From Amoebophrya sp. A120 (taxonomy: Eukaryota > Protista > Dinoflagellata): a DNA stretch of 64,000 nucleotides. Location: the NCBI GenBank assembly GCA_905178155.1, contig CAJINV010000001.1, forward strand, positions 13,080,635-13,144,634. Reading direction: 5' to 3'. Under the pieces are notes generated by a model that saw only the letters and a list, made by a program, of their open reading frames with translations, had not been told where the DNA came from and searched no databases. Position numbers and translations under genes: made by a program. This document shows positions 58,176 through 64,000 of the stretch, piece by piece. Position 1 is the stretch's first letter. The number at the start of each line of letters is the position of its first letter.

Positions 58176-59744
58176 TCAAGAATTTTGTCTGATCTCATCC
58201 CACGTGCGGTATTGCGAGTTTGCCGACGTGCCGACATTCTCTTTCCGAATTTCATCCCAGGACCGATATTGTGGTGCGGCGACAGCAGGTCTGGTATTTG
58301 TACCACCAGGCGCCCCCGCGGATGTTTGCGGTTGCCTTGTTGTGGCGCCCCCACTACTTCCTGTCCTGCGATCTTCGTCCAGATAATCTGTTCCATCGCG
58401 TCCCCAAGATGAGGCCCAAGGATCATTTCTTTGAGCTGCCTCAACGCTGTAGTTCTCGTTTTCTTGCTCTTGACGCGCGGCGTGCAGTGCCGGGCTGGTG
58501 GTGCGGGTGGCTCGCTTCATGGCGTCCCGCGAGTGCTGCTTCTGGCCGTCAAGCCGGCCCTGCTGCTGATCCAGCCGATTGAAATCCCGCTCGCTCGGCG
58601 ATCCCACAGAATCTCCCGAAATAAACCAATCCAGGTCCTCCATCATTGAGCCACCGGCGGATTTCCTCTGTCCGGAGAGAGATGATGTGCTAGATGTGGA
58701 TTTGCTTGATGAGCCTCCGCGTGGTCCCATCTCTGGTAAAAATTCGTCGGACTTGACACTTCCGATGGCCGGACCGGCAGTAGCTTCCTCGACGAAAAAC
58801 TCGGAGGAGAACTGCGAGTCGTCTACTGAGGACCGAGAGGGGCCCGCACCACGCCGTGACACTTGACTCTGCGCTTGCCCGCCATCAAAGCCAGCACTAT
58901 CGCCATCACTGTATTGCTCGGAAGCACCGCCAGCTTGCCCTTGCTGTGCCGGCGGCACGCCATATCCGCCGAAAGCACCCCCGGTCGTCCCGCGGTGGCT
59001 TTGGCGTTCCCTGTTTGTTCGTGGCGAGATGGCAACGCGACCAGCCTTCCCAGCATCTACGACCACATCCTCGCCTCGCTGAAGCTGGTCAAAGAGCTCG
59101 TGCACCTTTGTAGCCCAGCATGCGCCCGGCGGTGCGTCCTTGGCCAACACGTTGCGGATCCAACTGGACCACTGCAGCTGGGACGAAATCGCAAGCGTAC
59201 CGAATGCAGCGGCAGCGGCAGGAATCTAAGTTAGGAGCAGGGAGTTGTGAAAAGGTTCTTCATCGCAAGTTGAAGTTGTTACAACATACAACGCCGCCAG
59301 ACCATCAAATCCGGACTTTTAAACTCATCTTCGCTCCACATCGACCACGCATGGACATTCTCATTCATACTTACTCATCCTGGTCACCTACTTACCTACT
59401 TGGTTGAAATTGTATATTCTTACCACTGTCCACGGGCTGGCGCCTGACACCCGGAACGTGCGACCACAACCGAGGAACGTGAGGCCGCCGAGCGCCGTCG
59501 CGTATGTCACCGCGGTGTTTTGGATTTTCCGCTGCCGCCGCAGCTCCTCCCGGCTCGGCGCATACTCACCGCTGAAACGCCAGGCCTGGAACGCCATTTG
59601 CACCCCGAGAAGTTGGTCCGGCGATAGGGAGGTGACGTCGTATCCTCGGTGAAGAATGTGCGATCCACTCGAGGACGAACCTGGTCCTGTACTAGAATTG
59701 GCACTCGTGGAAGATCCAGAGAAAGACGAACTTGAGCTTGACAT
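58176..59744 (-). CDS. Putative two-TM membrane protein with duplicated C-terminal WDEIR motif; 2 exons
   Basis: ORFs 59388-59942 and 58176-59150 separated by a probable GT-AG intron (~59230-59423); hydrophobic segments; RSWDEIRK / RTWDEIRQ. Confidence 0.6.
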
Positions 59745-61533
59745 GGTGAGCAGTAGAGGCACTGAGCCGGTGAAATAGAAAATGCTAGCAACGATTAGGC
59801 TATGATGATGATGAGATTCCTTAAAAGGCGCTAGCCAATCGACAGAGCCGATTATGGCAGCGAATGTCTGGAAATCTCTGTTGTTCTCTTTCACTTGGGA
59901 CTCAGCAGAGCACAGCAGCAGCAACAACCAGCACAGCAGCAAAAAAAGCGACTAAAAACTCAGGGCACTACGACAGCTACAGCACAGCATAAAACGATAC
60001 TCCGGGTAACTCCTACAGATACAGCATATGATGATGATGATGTACCCAACTGCGGGGTCTACACTATAAGTAAAAACTATCAGTGTTCTTGGTGTGGTGC
60101 GCTCTCGCTATCTGACTGCACTTGATCAATGAGCACTTCTCTCTCTTTTTTCATTTTCTTCTTAGCACAGCGCTCCTCGTGCTTTTCCATCATTCCAATT
60201 TTCTTCGCGAGAGAATGAGAATCGTAGCAGATCGGCTGCCCGCTTTCGGCGATCTGCTTCTTGTATTTGCTCTTGCAGATTTTGCATAAAACAATACTAC
60301 GGGTAGCTCTAACAGCAAAGACAAGAAAAAACCTTTTTACGTATCTATCCTTCAGGAAGGTCCTATTACTGTACTAGGGCACCTTAACCTTATCGAGTAG
60401 AGTATGAGTACATGAACGCGAACTACAAAGGGACGCAAACAAAAGTAAAAAGAGACAGCTTCAGATTCATTCTATCCGGCATGGACCTCGATTTACGAAC
60501 ACAAGAGCGACCTTCTACCGCAACAGCCTCGGAGCAAACCTAGACCGCAACAACACTACGATGAATTTATTTTGGAAGGTTTTCATGAATCTTCATTCTA
60601 CTTTTTACTTGAATTTTTACAGGTACCGGTACAAAAACCGTAGCTCAGTGCGTAAGGCAAAGAAATGTTATTCGTATTCCTTTATCGCTTCAGAGTTCTT
60701 CAAAACTTGTTTTATTGAGGGTCTCCTTATTCCTGCTTTGGGTTTCGCAGCATGGATGAAAACAGGACGGACCCTCTGTAGCAGTAGTTTTGCACAGGAG
60801 CAATACAAAGTGCCCCCGTGCTTTGTTACGGGTTCATTGCCAGGGCATGGGGATCGTGATCATTCGCGCGGGAGAAGCAGCAAAAGAGAACGGGTCTCCA
60901 TGGCTTTTGCTGCAAATGCTCTGCCAGGCAACCATCTATCAAGAACATTGCGTGTCAGAGCCGCTTCATGTTCATTATTTATATTTTCCATGAACCGCAT
61001 TACTGTGTGATTCATTGCTAGAATAAGTCTTACTCGGGAGTGTGGGGGTTTAGGTTTACTAGAGGTGGAGTCGCATTTTCATTGTCGCTTACTTGACTTT
61101 TACTTGGGGGTTGGGTCGGATTTTCTTGCTTTACGAGAGGGAGAGAATTGTCGCTCCTATGGTGGCAGATGGAGTGTGGCTGCTATCCTGCGTTTAGAAT
61201 TTTTTTCATCTTGTTCGTACTTCTTTTTAATTGATGCCAACAAGAATCAGTCTCTTGTATATGCGAATATTTAGGCATACAAAGGGTGAGGAAAGTCGGA
61301 GCCGTCAAACAATCTTTCGTGGTCCTCTTTTTTCTTTATCGGGTTCTTGCTTTTTTACGCCGTCCTTAGAATGTTTTGCACGACGTGGCATCCTCGTTTT
61401 GCACAAACACCTGAGAAGCGTCACCTGTTCTACTAATTCCCCGCTCCCACGGCTTGGCAAGGAAAAGGCTTGCCTGACTTACTTTTCTGTTATGCGGCAT
61501 CCGCGGCCGCGCCGGGCAGTGTCGCATGATCTT

Positions 61534-63191
61534 TCATATCACGGTGCCGCCAGATTTCGAAGACCTAGCTCTGGCAGCTCCATCTCCTGTTGGTGTTGGC
61601 ATCAACGATGGGGGTGCGGCCGGGGGCTTCCTTGGTCGCTTAGGACGAAAGCCTTGGGTCGTTTGCAGGTGCAGCTTCGTGTCAACCTGATCTGGCTCTG
61701 CAAAGGGGACGATATTCTCATGATATCCACGCACAGTACTTTCGCGCTTTTCCGACAAACCGTTGACCTGCTCCGTGGTCTGTTCTGGATAAGACGAGTA
61801 ACTGCCACTGTGCAATAAACCGCGACTGGACGTCCTGGCAGCCCCGCCGGTGGTACGGGCGCTCCTCTTAATATTGATCGAAGTTCTACTCGGTCGCGAG
61901 TTGCGAGAACTACTAGAAAGCGCATGATGACTCACACTGTTTTTTGACGAGGAGCGTCTTGTGTTTGCCGTTTCGAAGGCGGGAGCTGTGCTGCTACTAG
62001 AGGTGCCAATTTTATTTCGGGCGGACGGAAGAGGATGTTGATGCTGCGTTAACCCGTTTAGTTTTGAAGACGAGGACCCAGTTACCGAGTGCTGGTCCAT
62101 CAAGTTTCTTGTTCTGTTAGTGTTCCCACTTCCAAAGGAAGAGCTCCCCTCGAGGTGATGATGTCGTGCGCCACTGGTTCCGACACCCAGATGGTCTATA
62201 TCCCCGGCCTCGAAGTCCCCGCCCCGCCGCTGCGCCCCCGTCGATGTCGCGACCAGACTGATTTTCCGTGATGCTCGACGGTACCTCGGGCTGGCAAACT
62301 CCAAATCCGGCAACTCGTCCAGGTCCGAGAGTGTCGTCACGTGGTTTGGCAGCACCTGCGCGGATCGGATTACCCGTCGCCGCTTTTTGCGCCGGTTTTC
62401 CCGCGCTTCCCCCGAACAGTACGCCCCAATCATGGCAACCACGTAAACACCGTGAAAGGCGTAGTTCAACGCGAGATAGAGGTAAGCTGGCACCGGGCTC
62501 CAATTGTCAAGATTCTGCCGTCCGTTACACTGCACGAAAACCTGGTAGAGAATTAGTGGGAGCGGAAATGTTCATCAAGACGTTTGACAATCATCATGAG
62601 GCTGCTCGATAGACATAGAAACAGAATTCAAGAGACTTTCAAGTAATCACTATCCGCGAAGTAACATGAATAGAAAGCACTTCCACTTCGTCATCATGGT
62701 CGGCATCCGGTAATGAAAACTATGTATACCCCAAAGAATTTCATTTTCGTCAGCACGTCCTGGAAAACGATGTCCACGGTAAGGGACAGAAAGGTGACCA
62801 GCAGCGAAAAGGCAAACTTGACCGACCCGAGCTCTTGGAATCCGTTCGCCATGTACTCCGTGTCGCAAAGGCCCATGAACAGGCCGACGATCTTGAACAG
62901 GTTGAAGAAAAGCACTGCAACGCCGTTGAAGACCAAGTGGGCCATGACATTGTTCTGCGTGTTGTTGACGCAACAGTTCTCCCTGCAGTAAGTGCTCCCG
63001 TTGTTGTAGTTATTGTTCACCAGACCGTAGTTATGTCCGCCGCCGACCGGGCCGACCCGAGGCGTGATGGTCTGACTAATGTCCAGTCCGATGATCAGGC
63101 AGCAGCAGGAAAACAGAATCCAACAGTGCCACAAAAAGATACAGTTGTGCTTCCAACTGTCGCCGACAAACTCGACGCCATACACCGGCAT
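61534..63191 (-). CDS. Multi-pass membrane protein with Ser-rich tail; at least 2 exons
   Basis: Hydrophobic helices in ORFs 62694-63191 and 61534-62535, with a probable GT-AG intron ~62543-62728. Confidence 0.65.
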
Positions 63192-64000
63192 CCTGTTGAT
63201 TTGCAGCTATTCGCTGTCCTTCTCAAAACCTATCTAGTTTTGTCTTCACATCGTAGTAGTCTTCCTTATCCTTTGCTTTTCTCCACCACATCACGATCAC
63301 TGTGACAAGTATAGTAGAAGCGGTCAAAACAAACGTAACGGGCGGCTCTACTTGGGGCTGTCGAGCACGCAGAGTGTCGTCCTATTCCAATTATACCAAA
63401 ACAACCACATCGGTCCTAGCATTCAGGATGTTTCCCACGCACAGCTCCTGACATTAGAATATCGTGATCGTTGTTGCACAAATTATGAAGAAACACATCT
63501 GTACAAGTGCGAATTCTAATTCTTCTATCTTTATTCACTATCCTCCGCTAGGACTAGGAGTGCGCATCCGCATAATTTTTTTTGCATAATTTCCATTTTG
63601 CTTAGATCAAGAGCGGAAGCGGTGAAAGGATCATCATCATTTTCAAATCATTCCGGCGATGGATCTGCTGCAAGGATCTCGCTGAGATTTGAAATTTCAA
63701 TTTCAAGATGCTTGACGTTTTCGTTTCAATTTTGAAGATCAGTGACATCAACAACCAGGTCAGCTACACAAAGTGAAGATCGGAAGCATTTTGGTTGCAG
63801 TCCACCAAACAGCGAGCATGTCGAAGAAAATGAAGCGGACAGAGATGAACAGACATGTTGGCTCTTCAGAAAACTGGCTAGGGAGGAATTTACTTTCTCG
63901 CTTTATGCCGATATGTTCGCTGTACATCCATCTGTACCCGTTGAATCCTGCTTGACCCTCTGAATCATGTATGAAATTTTCTTTAGCTGTCTTTTACTTT

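Noticed and set aside
60635-60650. CCGTAGC resembling a dinoflagellate spliced-leader relic
   Set aside because: The match stops after 7 nt; CATTTTGGCTCAAG is absent.
1-64000. CRISPR arrays, rRNA or tRNA genes
   Set aside because: No regularly spaced repeat-spacer array or recognisable structural RNA gene; the recurring motif is irregularly spaced and in both orientations.

Overview
Eukaryotic genomic DNA, most likely the parasitic dinoflagellate relative Amoebophrya (Syndiniales). This is inferred from nearly all host genes lying on one strand, a VKNTF motif protein, and many TAT...ATA inverted-repeat introns with 5-bp direct repeats. The main discovery is a 12,064-bp DNA transposon (1684-13747; 148-bp TIRs with 1 mismatch; 5-bp TSD AGTCC) inserted in the Smr domain of a PPR-SMR gene. 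Removing it plus one TSD copy restores the reading frame and the GxGxHS motif. It has the same end architecture (TAT...ATA plus 5-bp duplication) as 14 small (127-451 bp) introner elements in the window, and it encodes a 9-exon hAT-like transposase, a tandem PD-(D/E)XK-like nuclease and a basic unknown protein. It is therefore a candidate autonomous 'giant introner'. An 11-bp motif (ATTTGTNATGC) is shared by otherwise unrelated introner families. Also present: a degenerate Copia LTR retrotransposon (23925-29988), a VHS/WW protein, a nitrobindin/THAP4-like gene, a NELF-A-like gene and three tandem J-like plus papain-fold paralogs. All protein assignments are by eye, and splicing is inferred from frame restoration, not from transcripts.
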